Below are positions 12,560 to 26,329 of a stretch of DNA of 64,000 nt, piece after piece (the first letter of the stretch is position 1; each line of letters starts with the position of its first letter). The stretch is from positions 1,984,001-2,048,000 of the forward strand of contig JAYWIR010000002.1 of NCBI GenBank assembly GCA_036172245.1, in the 5' to 3' direction. The notes under the pieces are model-generated. The model was given only the letters and a program-made list of their open reading frames with translations. It searched no databases and was not told the DNA's origin. Both the position numbers and the translations under genes were made by a program. This stretch comes from Raillietiella orientalis. Its lineage: Eukaryota.

Positions 12560-14959
12560 GTCGGGTATGCCGCTGCAACACAAAACGCTTCGAACGTACG
12601 ATAATGAAAATCTTGCTTTTGGTCCACACACGCAGGAGGAACCTCAAGCTGTTCCCTGAAACCTTTGCTTTCATATTCAAAATACAGCGTTTCGAACAAA
12701 ATCTATGCATGGCAGGTGTTTTCCTTCACCGGAGGCTGGGAAACGAAATATCATCAATTATTACTTGGTTGATTCCATATTTTACAAGGATCCACTTCCT
12801 TTCAAAACACTACTTGTTACCAGAACGAAAATCTCGAACCTAATGTTTTCCTAATGTTTTCCTTTTCCCCGTTTAGACGGGCGTTTCAACACGTGGAAAG
12901 TAGGAATAAAAAACCCGTTGATGGGAATTCCAGAGTCTGCCTTTCCCTTTGTGAGCCTTTTCGTTTCAAGCAGAAAATCGAAGAATCGACACAACAACGA
13001 CCTGAAGCACAAATTGAAAGCGAAAGTATTCCCTGACATTATGGAACAGAACTATCGAAATTCAGTCAATCGAGTGGAAATTTCATCGGGCTGAACTCTA
13101 TTCGACGAATGACACGACGGCATTGCATTCTCTTTAGGGAAAAAAAACTAGTTTATGTTTCAGAGAAAGATAACCTTATCACTTTATATATTTTTAAGAA
13201 CATTTCCAATATCAGAGGATGCAGAACCCCAAACATATCACATCATGTGGATAAAGAGCATCTACACTGATGGTTCATGACCGAAGTAAATGTAATTGAT
13301 AATGTAAACTCAGGAGACTTAAATACAAAGTAATGAACGTCGGCTGATTCAGGAAAAATCCTACAAGGCAACTTGCTAATTAGGTTTTCGAAATCCTTTA
13401 CACTGTTACCACTTATATATCAGGGGCATAATTCATTCACTTAAATACAATTTAGTAGGTGGAATACATTCTTAATTCTCCTGGAAGAAGTGGATTTAGA
13501 AAACTCAGAAAGCAAGAAGGAAGAGAGGGACGGAGATGCCACAAAAGATACTGACCTACCGTTTTTCGTGGGAAAGATTTTGCATAATTAATCTTTCAAA
13601 TGATACATTCAAATTCTAATCCGAGATTCTCATTATACACTAACGGTGAGCCTAACAGTGCAGCATGAAATCCTTAAAACGTTTTATCACTTTGTAGATA
13701 TCACTTTGCACTTCGAATATTCCTATTTATGTTGCTATTACCATTAACAAATGCTTAAATCAAGCGGTTAAATGTTAGTGAGTTTTGAAACCTTCCAGTA
13801 CTTTCAAGTGGTTTTAAGAGATCAGTTATTTAAAAACAGAAATCGACGCATACCCATTTACTTTTTGAAAATCGGAGCAACTAGCTTAAGTAAACAAAGG
13901 TGTAGAAAGATAAAGAATTCAGTGAATGAAGTTTGTATCACAGAAAGGATGACAGCAAAAGGAACTATCTACCTTACCAGAATGTCCTACAAGCACTGTA
14001 TGCTAAACACAGTTCACTTTCAGCTGGCCAAAATGGTGCAGGATTGTTCTGAATTTTGTTCACAGCATATGACTGAAATTCTTGGTCTAGATCAAGAATT
14101 GGCATTTCGAAGGTTCTCATGGGCATGAGTTTGGGGAGTATTAATACTTCAATTCAAGATCCAAAGCATTAAGTTCTGAGGCAAACAAAGCATAAAAAGC
14201 ATCGAATTTCTTTCCATGCAAAAAGCTAAAACGGTTTTAAAGGTCTCATTTGATTTATCGATACTGGAAACCCATGTGGAGAATGAACGGAATGAGCCTA
14301 AGGGGCGAAAAGAGTTTTGCAGAAGTAAATGTTGCAACTCACAAACTGCTTGAAACGAGAAACACTAAAAGCAAGTGAAGAAATCATGGGCTCGATCTGG
14401 GGGCGCGGAAGTCGTCTCCCAAAGACAACAGCGGGAAGAGCAAAAATGGAATTGCTCCTCTTGAGCGCACAGAACCAACAGTGCTGAATTTCAAGGACTC
14501 GAAATGCATGTTAATTGCTCAATTATATGAAAATTACTTCGCTCTTCAATGGAGCTCTTCCAGGAGGTGCCTAGGAAAGAAAGTTTTGATGATGAAAGTT
14601 GCATTCACATTCGCATTTCAGGAAGGAGTCCATCCATCCGCAAAATTTATCATTTGTGGTTCTGGATCAGGCATCCCACGTTCGCGTTCTGCTAGTGAAG
14701 ACATTTGCAAGCAATCCAAGGATACACCTCCCAAGACAAAGAGGGTGCCTCGAACGCAGCTTCGATCTCCCCAGCTGGGGAAATCAGAGCGGAACAGCAC
14801 CCCGCAGCTCATCCGGTGTTCCCAGCACACGACAAAGTGGCAGCGCTGCGATGAGAACCCGGCAGGGCACCACGAGGAGCGACCCCTGGCCCGCTAACGG
14901 CAGTGCTTGGTTGCAGGAAACCATTCGCACACGGGCCCAAAAGAACGAAGCGAGCCAGA

Positions 14960-15985
14960 TGCGGCGGCGACGTCATCGTGCAGCCCACCACACGTGCGTG
15001 GAATGAAAGGACCTCTCCAGCCACGGCTCTGTCCTACCTCAGGGAGAACCTGGGCAGTAGTCAGCCGGCCAAATGGGAGATCCGTTGTGAAATCTTCGGC
15101 AAAGAGAAGGAATTAGGTGGCTGGACCAGCTAACAGACGCTGCAACCCACCAAGTGCCCCACCGAAGGGACTATTGCTCTGGGACTAGCTGCTGGGAATC
15201 CCGCAGGAAGACCTCGAGTGTCTCCGAGCTCTGAAGAACAACCGGGCCCGCCCCTCAAAGTGGCAGAAGCGACACTTCTGGTGTTGCACTGGGGTCTCCC
15301 GTGCGGCGCCCACCGGTCTCACTGGACGAGGGGAGTTGTGGACCTGAACAGAGGCAGATGCAGGAAATGCAAATACCTCCTGCAGCTGCTTTTGGACCGT
15401 GTTCCCCTCCGGTCCCTGTGGTTGCGATTCGCAACGGTACGAGGTGCAGCGACGGACAATCCCAGGGACTCCTCTTCGTGCGCGATGCCCCTTCGCCTAG
15501 CAGCACAGGGCTGCTAGGGATGCGTTAGAATGGGTACCAGGTTCCTTCCGGCAACGAGTGGCCCCCGGGAGGAAGTCTGCGAGGGGTTGTGGCGGCCTGG
15601 AGCTACGCGAGAGGAGGACGGCGTGACAGGGACGCCATCTACTTCTCCCTGAGTTTTGTGAGGACGGCAGCTAGATGGCCCCACTTGGGACATACTCAGA
15701 AGGAATCTGGCGGCATCTTGGAAAGGATTCAGAGGACACCCTCCAGCACCCAGTGATCCCCTCCCAACCTCCCCCCCCCCAATCTTTTTTAAATACTTTT
15801 TTTGTTTGATTTGTTCTTTGTTCACTTCCTCCCCCTCCGCTGCCGAGGTGAACCTCGCCAGTCTGCGTGCCGGTCACTCTGCAAGTTCCGAAAATTCTAG
15901 GACTTTGTAGGACCGGTGGCCCTGCAGAAGTTTGTTTATTATTTTTTTATAATAAACGCCCCGGCGCAACCGGGTGTGAAACGAG
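14960..15985 (+). mobile_element. 3' end of a Tx1/L1-like LINE (zf-RVT-like region plus 3' UTR), copy A
   Basis: LLVLHWGLPCGAHRSHWTRG..RCRKC..LLLD cysteine-rich motif. Nucleotide homology to 27700-28735, including the 3' UTR motifs. Confidence 0.7.
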
Positions 15986-18900
15986 GAGCGACCTCGTTCT
16001 TTTCGAGTCACTGCTCGGCTTGCGCACGGTTTGACCGGGTCGGCGAACAGTGGCATCCCTGTGTTGCCGTGAGAAGGTCCTCTCCCCTCCTGAAGATTCG
16101 TTTTAGCCGCCGCTGCTGCATCTTGTGGTTGCGCGCCGTCCGCAAGTGGGACTTCCAATGGTTCGCGGGCGAGGAGGGAGAACTATTCCGGCAGTGGACC
16201 CTTGAATGGACTCGGGAGGAGACCCTCGGTCGGGGACAGGGGAAGCCGACTTGGTGTGGCCCGCTGCCCGACGTTGGAAGGGAGGACGGCGTGCCTAAGA
16301 CTGCCGGGAGCGACGTGATCTAGGAGGCCGACCGTCTCGGAGGGAAAACGGGCTTGGAGGTGCAGCAGCAAGCCGTCAGCGGGGGAGCCGCGGGCGCTGC
16401 CGCAGGTGGTGGCGACAGCAGGGACGTTTCGGGACGCCGGTGTGCGCGGCCCCATGCGAGGGGGAGGGCGTGAGACCGGACCGGGAGGGCGCGCCTCGAT
16501 GTCTCCCTTCCACCTGCCGCGGCAGCCATCGGGCTCCAGGGGATTCGCTCGCCGCGCATGCGCGCCACTTGAAGCAGCAGCACCACGCGAGTCGCTTGCC
16601 GCGGTCGGCGGCGGAGTGTCCAAGAGGCGACTACGCAGCCCGGAAGTGGGTCGGTGCTTCCGCCGCCGCGGGGAGAGGCAGTGAAACGGAGAAGGGCTCT
16701 TGGAGCCTCTCAGCAGGGAGAGAGCGAGAGAGAAATCCCCGGAGGACGCGGACGAGGCACCATAGCAGATGGAGAAGAGGGAGTTCTGTAATGATGATGA
16801 TGACGATGATGAGGGGGAAGGGGAGGAGGAGGAAAAGGAAGAGACAGCATTCTTTCGGTTCCTTGGCAACCCCCGCAGGCATCGTGCTCGTTCCCTCCCC
16901 GCCCCGGCGATTTTATCGTCGGCCCCCTTGGCACCTTCCTTGTGGGATGCTCGGCTGGATGCAGGAGGAAGAAAACTCCTGGCGCCCGACCCACTCTGCT
17001 CTCTGATTACTGGGCTGTATTTTCTCTCTCTCTCCTCTTTTCCTCCCCCATTTCTTTTCATCCCTCTCCTCCCCTCTCCTCCTGCTCTCCCCTGCCCACA
17101 GCTTCGCGTGAGCTTCTCAGCCTTGATGACGATGCCCATGCTCGAGCTTCGATCGGTTCCGGGAGGGACTCGCGGCCGGCCAGGTATCCATGGGTACCCC
17201 GGTCAGTCGTCCAATCCGCTGCCGCCGCCCTGTGCGTGTCCCGAGAGGGGGGTACATCAGCTCGTGGTCCACTCACGCTCCTGGGGACTAATTTTTTTTT
17301 CTTCCCCCTCCCCCCCCCTCCTTCGTGGAAGGATGTGTTCTGGGGTCGGAGTGCCAAGAGTGCGTAGAGACGCCACCGCCGATGGTGACGGGGTCGTCTC
17401 TGGAGGCAGCGAACTCCCCCTTCCCCTTCCGTTCCAGGTCGCATTGCTGCTGCTGTTCCCTCGGAGTGCAACGGGCGAAACCATCTGAGCTGGAGATGCC
17501 TGAGGAAGTGCGGATCCTCTTCCACTGCTGGTGCCGGTGCAGTGCTGTCCTGCCACTCTGGCTGTGGCAGACCTCAAAACTGCCAGTGGACCAGCCCACG
17601 TACGCGGTCAGCGACCTAAGAGGGTGTACGGTGTACGAGGCTTTCCGGTGCTCCCGGAAACCAGGAAGCGGATGGAAACTGGAAGGGGCAGTGGAGCTAA
17701 GGCAGCTCTGCCGGGATCGTGGAGGTCATTCCTGCACCCGACTAAGAGACACGCAGATGCACGGCCCACAGCGTTGGTCCCGCCGGCCTCGCGAGAGTCG
17801 ATCATTGTTCATAGCTTCTTGCAGCTGCCTCTACTGCTGCCGGGACGATCTCCTCCTGCGACCCCATTACTCGCGCCTGTGACGCATCCCTCCTGCTCCA
17901 GATGGCCTGGTATCGCGTGCTTCCCAAACCTCACACGCCTCTGTTCCCCCCCTCCTTTCGCGCGTGCAACTTTTCCAGCTAACTTTTGCTGGCTCTGTTC
18001 CCCACACATTTCGCTTCCCTTCCCTCTTTCTGACCAGATCCGTGAGCCGCTTTCATTGTACCGACGAACAGGGCAGCATCACCCCACGTGGAGCAGATTC
18101 TCCGGATTGTCTCCAAAGGGAATCTCCTTCCTCATTCTCTCCGGAGGGAACACACAGGAAGGGGGCTGGTCCTCTCCATTTCATCTCCTCCGAAGGGAAC
18201 CCGGGAAAGGATCCGCTAGGAGGAATTTCTTCCAAGCGTGGGAGTGTTGACGAGCATGGCTGCCCAAGTCCAAAGAAAATCCCCGCAGTCTTTCCGATAA
18301 AGTGGAGCCACCTGCGGGTGCGATCCACAGCCACCCTTGTCCATTCGCAAGGATCCAGCAGTGCAGCCGTAAACAAAGAGCCCCTTATCCCACCCCACTC
18401 CTCCTCCTCGCACGCCTTCCTCCGCCACAGCACGGCGGCCGCTGGAGCTCCCCCTCGTTTCCAATGGGACTCACGCGAGCGCGTGAAGGCGAACCCATGC
18501 CAGCAGCTCCCTCTTCTTCTCTCAAGAATGAGACAAGAGAACCCCTGTGATGAGGCTGCCGTAAAAGGGACAACGGTTCTGGTGGTCCAGCACTCGGGAA
18601 TCCGAGCTCCCGGCTCCGGAAAGCCCGGACGCCGAAGCTTCGCTGCGGCGTCTTCCATCGAGCACCTGGACATCGGCGTTGTTCTCGTAGGGGGGGGGTG
18701 GCCGTTCCGGCTTCCCTGGAGGGACGCGGTTGCCTTGTTCCAACTGGAGAAAGAGCGACTGTTCGGATCCTCCACAAGGAAAGGGAGGAACTCTGGAACG
18801 GGATCCTCCCAAAGGTGCCTTTTGGGGCGCGGCTTTCTCTTCCGATCGACGCAGAGACACATAGCAGCAATAACAGAAAACCTATCTCGAGCTGGTGTGG

Positions 18901-20649
18901 CAGGGTCCAAGACTGCGGTCCACTCTCGCTCCGTCGCGGGCGCGAAGGGACTGGGACACACGGAGCAGTGCGTCCTGAAGGTGCTGGTCGCCTCCTGGTG
19001 GCGTCGGAGCACTGAAATGGATGGTCTCCTCTAGCCGTGTGTAGAGAGTACCAGGATCGAAGGAATTGCTGGTTCTGTTGGGAAAGAAAAAAGGAGGCCT
19101 TCATTAAAAAACTGCAGAAGTGTTTGAGAATGGACATTCCGAAGCCTTCTGGATCGAATGCAATTCATCCGGAGTTTTGGTAACTCAGTGACCCGCAAAA
19201 GTGTATCCTGGTAGGAAAAGAATATTCATAAATAATGCAGAGATCAAGCTTAGGCAATAAAGCACCCCATCGAACTTGGATCGGGAGGACGGGGACGACC
19301 TCGACTGGGACGGTGTTGTTTTGCTTCACTAGAATCAAAATGCGTATAGCCAACTGACAGCACGCCATGGGAGCCACTGTATGGAAGAGATCGTCCTAAA
19401 CAAATGTGCCACGAGACCGACATTTGCGTAGAGCGAGAACGGCAATCGCAGGAGGACGGCTGCCTCTTTCGCTTAGGGTCCGCCATGTCTTTGTGGTGCC
19501 TTAACACGATATTCCCCCTATTCCTTCCATTTATTTTAAATCATTAAGATCAATTGGAGTGGCTTGCAGTGATTTTCCATGAATTCAAGAATTCGTAGCC
19601 GTGCCGAAGCAAATTTTCTCCGTTTTCCTTGGAAGCAGCTCGGTGTTCAAAAGAATTTCCATCTTCCGAAACACCATCATCATGATCTTCCTCATCGCGT
19701 ATACACAGGGAACTCCTGACTATAAATTTCAAAATCGGGCTGCTGCTACATATTATGTTTTATCCAATCCAGACCCTGTCTCCATCTAATGTGCATCATC
19801 TTCCACCTCACAAATCCACCACCGTTCCCACAATACTTCATTACGTTTGCCTCGTACCTATCCTTCCTGCAAAACCCTTCACAGCATGCGATTTCCACTA
19901 CCTAGTGGTTCTGTTCCATCGCTAATAAATTGCATCATTCTCCCATTCCTAACAAACGTTTTAATCCCATGATGGAATAGGTGGAAATTAAAAACTAGAA
20001 AACCAACGTATGCAAAACACACACACCGTTCTTAATTATTCCTGCCATCGTAAAACTCAATTCCTACCCTTCTCCAGCCGCTCCCTACATGCAATTCCCC
20101 CGCAGATTTAACGAGCACTATTGCCTATGAAATCTCTCCACACTGCATTGTTAACAAATAGCTAAATCTATATATAACCCGAGCGTTGGCAGCGACTCGC
20201 AGCCGGTGGACGAATCACGTGCTGTCATTGTTAACAACGGGCCGAGGCCTACGCTGTGAGCGAGGCCTAATTACCCCTTGGAAGCTCCCGGCGATGCAAC
20301 TTCACCCATAAGACCTTCGAACTGGACTGCGGGATGATCCGCCGGATCATCTTTTTCCACATTCCCCATTTTTGGGGGGAATCGAAGCACGCGCGAAAGG
20401 TAAAGCTGCAGGACTCAGCAGTGGTCTTCTGGGAATCTCACCACAGAGCTACGGCAGGAGCACCGGAGACAAATGCCGAGTCCGTGTGCTCCTGCACAAC
20501 GGTCGTCGGTAGACGGAGGGAAAACAAACGAAGCAGAGACGAATGAAAAGGGGGAGAGCACTAAGCGTTTCACTTCTGGAGCTTTCGTTTCACACAAGTA
20601 GCAAAAGAAAAAAAGTCAAGCAACGGTCATGTCCTACAGGAATCGCATC

Positions 20650-23050
20650 TTATCTGACCTCAGTTGAGTGAAAATGGCATGAAACGCGTTGATTTCTCCG
20701 TTTTTCTCTTCGGAACTTCTTTTCTCCCTTCGACGGTCCACGTCGATACAAGCCGACGCCCACGTCACCGGATCTCCTAGTTTTATGCAGCTCACCTTGT
20801 TTTTGGAAAAAAGAAAAGAAAAAAATCGACATCTTCAGTGTCCTCATTCGTTCAGAGGATGAAAGATCTGTCTCAGCTACTATTGCCAGTTTCTTTCTTT
20901 CCAACTCTTTTCTCAGAGATCGCAGCTTACAGCTTCTTCCTCCTTGTTTCTGAATTCTTGGTTCTCCTGAGGCTTGTCTCCCTTCAACGGCTGCAGTTGT
21001 TCCTAGATTGAATTTCTCTGGCTGTGCTGCCCTGGAAACTGAGGAAAGGCTCCTTCCCCACTCCCTTCCCCTCCCCAGTCGCAGTCTGATTATGGGCAGC
21101 AGCAACTTTGAAAGGGACGCTCTAAACTTAAGGACTGAACTTGGTCGCGTGATCCCGGTCATCCTGCGGCGGGAATCTGGGCCGTGAATCGTTCATCGAG
21201 AAACAGCCAGCTAATAGTCTGTGTCCGAGGAGAGCAGCTCTAGCCTTTTGGCTGGTGCTGCTCCAAAATCCACCACGCGTCCGGGTGGAAAGCAGGAGAA
21301 AAGGACAAAACCGCCATTCACGCATCTTCGTTTCTGCAGCAGGCAGAGAGAGTGGAGAGAGTTGAAAACAAAGTTCCTGTAGATCTTAATTCATCACGCT
21401 GGACCAAAAACATGTTCGTTTTTTTTCTTCTTTCTTTCCTTTTCCCTCTTTCGGCGTTCGAAGGACCCGGAGATGCCCCTGCTTCAGAGTGCTGGATCGC
21501 CGCCGAGTTCGATCTTCTCGCGTGCCCACCTGAGCCGACTCTGCGTCCGCTGGAGCCGCGCGACCGAAAATCCAGGATCCGAAAACCTAGGGGCCGCTGG
21601 TGGCGTAGTATTCCTCGAGGATGGGACATGTTGTGTCGTCCACGTCGATGTCAGCGTCCGGAAGACTCAGCTGCCTCCTCGAACCCCGGAGAGGCGCCTC
21701 CCTCTCTGTAAATCAACATTTCCGTCGAGACTCCGCCCTGAAAAATCCTCGATATTGTTGCTGCTGATTCTGCAGCACTCTTCCCTAGGGACAACCTCTG
21801 GCATTCTTGTCCGCATCCCCACTGCCGAAAGCAGGGAGTGAAAGAGTTTTGCGCATAGTCGAAGGGCGAAGTTAAGGGGCGACGCCCGCTGGCATTGAGT
21901 CGGAGCATTGAGAGAGCCCGAAGTATGCTTCGAAGCTCTGCTCCTCTCTTCACTACTGGGATTTGAACCCGTGGCCTTTCGCTCGAAGTGGTATATCGTT
22001 TTGGGGATGCGGTTCGTCCGGACTCGCTCGCTCGATCCACGGAGTCGCGCGGCTCCAAAGGTCAGTGATCTCGGTCGATGGGAGGGTGCCAAGCTGGTGT
22101 CGTCCGTTCACTGCTGTGCTGGATGGCGAACGACACCACCAGCCAACTGAACTGCTTTAAGTGCGTTCTCGGAATTTCCAGCTCTTGAGGAGCGTCGCCT
22201 TTTCTGGGGATCTCGATGAGCTGACGGTGATCGTGCGCACTGAACGCCTGCGCCCCCTGGGATCTCGAGGGAAAGAGCGTGCGTTTCCAATGTCTTCCTT
22301 CAACCCTTTCCTCGCTCGCCCCCGCCTTCTGGAACGCTGCCTGCTTGACTTTGAATAGCCAAACTCATCCACCTAGCTTCGAGGAGATTCCCGTCGCCAT
22401 GGAAATCCCTCCAGAATGAGGGGCTCGACCACTGCTTCGAGTGTGCTGAAGACCAGTTCCCCTTTCCCACGGGGCGAGTTCAGGTCGCAGAGACCGCCCT
22501 GCATTGTGCTGCTATCGGTCGCTGGGCAGAATCTTCCTCGATGCGGTCGATCCAGGTTCCGTGTCGAAGGCTCTGCAAGCAACGGTGCGGCGGCCCTTGG
22601 TCCCGTGCCAACAGGAGCAGACTTGCAACATCCCCCATCTGTTCCCCAGCTTGGGCTTGGAAAACGAGGATCAATGCGATAGGCACGCAAGAATTGGCAA
22701 TCTGCAAAGTTGCGGGCGGTGGTCCTTGCTGGCAAAGAAATGGATCCTCAAGGTCATCCCGGTCCATGTTCCGTACGCATCGCATACAGGTAGCACGGGA
22801 TGACTGACTGTAAAGAGGATTTGTCCCTAGCGGGATGAATCGCAGTGAAGCTTGAGAGTTCGATCCGCGGACGAAGGTGGTGACATGATCGAGGTGGACC
22901 CGAGAGATGGATAGATGGGTAGGGAGGTGGAACAGCGAGACTGTGGAGGAACGTCTGGACCAGAATTCCTCCTCGTCCTTCTCCCCCCCTTCCTCCATGC
23001 GGAGTTGGGCTTACGCGAAAGCCGCTTGCTATGAGGACGGAATCGCCTGT
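20650..23050 (-). mobile_element. Possible decayed LINE 5' part (ORF1-like region and start of the APE endonuclease)
   Basis: TVSLFHLPTHLS followed by CMRC resembles an ORF1 RRM/knuckle. KLRSLRKELERKKLAIVAETDL..SGDVGV resembles the APE ..ETH and GGV motifs. Heavily degenerate. Confidence 0.4.
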
Positions 23051-26000
23051 CGCAGGAATCGCCTGCCTGGCGGGTAGTTCCAGCTACACGGAGCCGCGGA
23101 GGATTCTTTTGCCGAAGCTTCCTCCACCTCTCTTGGGGTGCCTTCGTGAGAAACTTCCCCTCTCCCCTTGAGAATCCGGGAATTCGAAAGTTGCACACCA
23201 CCACCGCCCCTTCTTCCTCCCCCCCCCCCCCCATTCCTGCTTGCGACTCGCTTGCGGAGGCAGCAGCGCGGTCCACACGCAACGCGATGGGAGCGATCGA
23301 TCCGCGAACCTGGAGCGACGGGGCACATGTTTGCTTTCGCAGGGAACTCGTGCTAAAGCCGACCCGGCACTCCAATTAACGGTAATCAGCACAAGGCGCT
23401 CCCATGTAAATTTACCTGCTGCGGACGCAGGAAACATTCGGGTAATCGATCCCTTTCGCGGGTTCTCTCGTAAAATGTGGTTTTAGGGCCGGTACGAAGA
23501 AGCGGGGAAGCAGCTCACGCTGTTTCACGTGTGCGCGCAGAATGTGCCGATAAAGCAAACGCGCAAACACGAGCAGCGAGAAGAGGAGAGGAGCAGAAAG
23601 ATAAAACGGATGCGGAGGGGGGACGATTTTCCAATCTCTGCCGCGCGAAACAGTCGCTGCCCGGCAACGAGCGAAAAACAGAGCTCTCCTCCAAGAGCCA
23701 ACTGGAAGAGAGAAATTCAGCTGGCAATCGGTGCGCCAAGTGCGGCTTGCGGTCAGCGCCACATGTGGTCGCAGGCTAGCGTGACTCCTGTCCTTTCCTC
23801 CCTCACCCCCTCCCGAGTCTCCAGCTTTCGTTGAGCTACGCTCCTGCAAAGACGGGAGAGGAAAAGACGAGGAAGGAGCAAGGGGGACTTCGCACCGAGC
23901 TGCGGAAAAAAGAGGGACGGTCGAGACGCGTTGGGCTAAACGAGACGGATCCCGGAAATTAATCAGAGGAGTAAACAAACGCGGATTTGAGAAATATCCT
24001 GGAGGTCGCGTCACTTCCCGAGTTGAGCAAACATCCTCCCGGATTGTTCGCGTCTTGCCACTCGGACTGGTGGCGCGAAGGAACGCTGTCGTCGCTCCCT
24101 CCCTGACATTCCCGACGGAAGCGCCAGGTTCCACAGAAAGCCGTGGTTGCCGTTCTGGCGAAGGTGGCTGGCTGCTTGTGTGCGCGAGCGCTCGGTTTTC
24201 TCGATTGATTGTAGCGAGCGAGTGTGGGGAAGTGGACAAGGTGGTGGCAAGGAAAAAGAAAAAGGCAGCTGTGGCTCGCGTGGTTTGGAAACGCGCCGAG
24301 AGTCCACGCCACTTTTTACACCTGGGGAATTTCGAAGGTTGTTCCCCTGATGTGGGAGACCGGAGCCTGTCTCGCCTGGCCCGCGGAGGTCAGGAGCCGA
24401 TCTTCATCGCTTGAGAGAGACTCGGAGTCCGGCTTCTTTACGTTGCGACCTTCGCAGAGAGAATCCGTGCCGCGCCGTTCCGCATCTTCCCATCGGGACC
24501 TCCGAGGTGGCGCAGCTGGACCTTGTCGGCGCATCCCGTGCTCCCCGTACGCTTCGGGCGGAAGCGTCTTTGCCCTCCTCCTCCGAGAGCGGGTCGATCC
24601 AGCTAGAGTGCGCAGGCAACAGCGAAAGGTCCGTCGCCTCTTCCTCTCGCGATGGATGCTCCTCTCCAGGCGAGGGAATCGGCATCTCTTTACGCGGTGC
24701 CCGGTGGCGACCCCGCCTTGCCGTCCTAACCGTGCGGCCTCAATCTTCAGGTAAGGTGGGCGGACGAAATGAAACCCTGGAGGGTCTTCCCGCTCCCTTT
24801 TGGTGCGCCGTGGAGGGGGCGTCTGCTGCTCATCGGAGTCGCGCGAGCGGCTCTGGTCGAGGAGTGACACGTGACCCCGCATCTACGGAGCCTTGAGGCG
24901 GGACACATTTCGCATATCCCAGCAGCGGAGGGAAAAGGAGGAGGAAGGCAGGGAATCCGGGGTCCAAAAAGTGAGGGGGGGAATGCATCTGTTGTTCATC
25001 GGTGGTGGAGGCTGGGGGAACTCCAGGCACTTTTTTTCTCCCGGTCAAACGGGCGCGCTTATTTCGTGGCAGAAGACAAACAACGAAGTAGAACTTGGTT
25101 TCCCAAGGCAACCAGCAGGTTTACGGGTAGGGAATCGCCGACATGCGGGTCAGTCACCAGGTCGCTCAGGGGAGACTTCTCCGATGTGAGGGGAAGCGGA
25201 AGGAGGTCGGGTATCAGGGGGGTCTTTGCTTCGGACTGCCCCTTCCTTGCTGAAACCGGCGTGGAACGCGAACGATTCCCTGGGGGTCTCTTCGTGCAGG
25301 TGGGGTCGCTTATGGGGTGACCCCACCTGCACTTAGGCACCTGCGCCTGCAGTCCTCCCGTAGGCGGCTGCCTTGCGAGGGTGGCGGCCACCTGTTTCTG
25401 CTATGCCCGGAGCTCCGGGGCCGATGGCGCACCGCCAAGACGACTCGGAACGTCGCCACGACGGCTCCCGACGGAAAGCCCGCAACGCGCGAAGAGTCCT
25501 CGCCGGCGTCCTCCGGTTGCAGCAGCGCCAAACCGGCCCTCCCTTGCAGTCCTAGGAGGGGTTGAGTGCCCCTAAGAGTCATTTCTTTCGCTGCTCCTCT
25601 TTCCTTCTAGTGCGGAACGAGCGACTCTCTAGGATCAGAGTCCCTCGCGGGAAGGCTCCACCTGCGCCCGGAGAACGAAGCTCCTCCTCCTCCCCGAAGA
25701 CTTGCAGGGACCCTCCGGACGCTCCTCCTAAGGGCGCGTCCCTGGCTGCTAGCCGCTCCCCTTCCGGCTGCAGCCGGGGGGTAGCCGTCGGTGCAGTCGC
25801 CCTCTTCCCCGGCTGCAGCAGCTCGCTTGCCGGAGGCGATCCCGCCTCGACAGTCTTCATCCACCCACCCAACCAAGAGTTGCACTCCCGCCTCCTCCTC
25901 CATTCTTCCGACCGGCTCACGTGAGCGACCAGGAACGGTGGGAGGACCATAGCTTACAGAGAATTGTCTATCACACATAACTTATAATATTATTGCTTAA

Positions 26001-26329
26001 GTGTTCCCGAAGGAAGAGAGCGAAGAGAGCCGCGAACCCCTCTGGTACCCGCCCATCTTCCTCTTCGCCATTCCGGGACTTCTCCCTCGTGCGGCAACCT
26101 CGCTCTGCAATGTCAGTCAATCAGCGGGCGCCTCCAGGGTGAGTAGGCGCGGGCCCGCTCCGTGGGGGAGTGAGGGTCAGGGGAGACGGCAGCGCACGCG
26201 CGTCCGTCCCGGACGGAGGACCCAAAACGGGAGGGGAAGGAAGGGCGGCCTAAATGCTCCTTTCCCTCCCCCTCCCCTTCCCGTTCCCCTCTCGTCCCCC
26301 ATCACTCCTAGCCGCAGCCCGCGCAAATG

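Noticed and set aside
16000-19500. Long overlapping ORFs (e.g. 17964-19034 +, 18053-19012 -, 16183-17139 -)
   Set aside because: Low-complexity Arg/Pro/Ser/Gly translations on both strands with no recognisable domain; expected in GC-rich decayed repeats.
21950-21975. B-box-like GGGTTCAAATCCC on the minus strand
   Set aside because: No convincing A box or cloverleaf.
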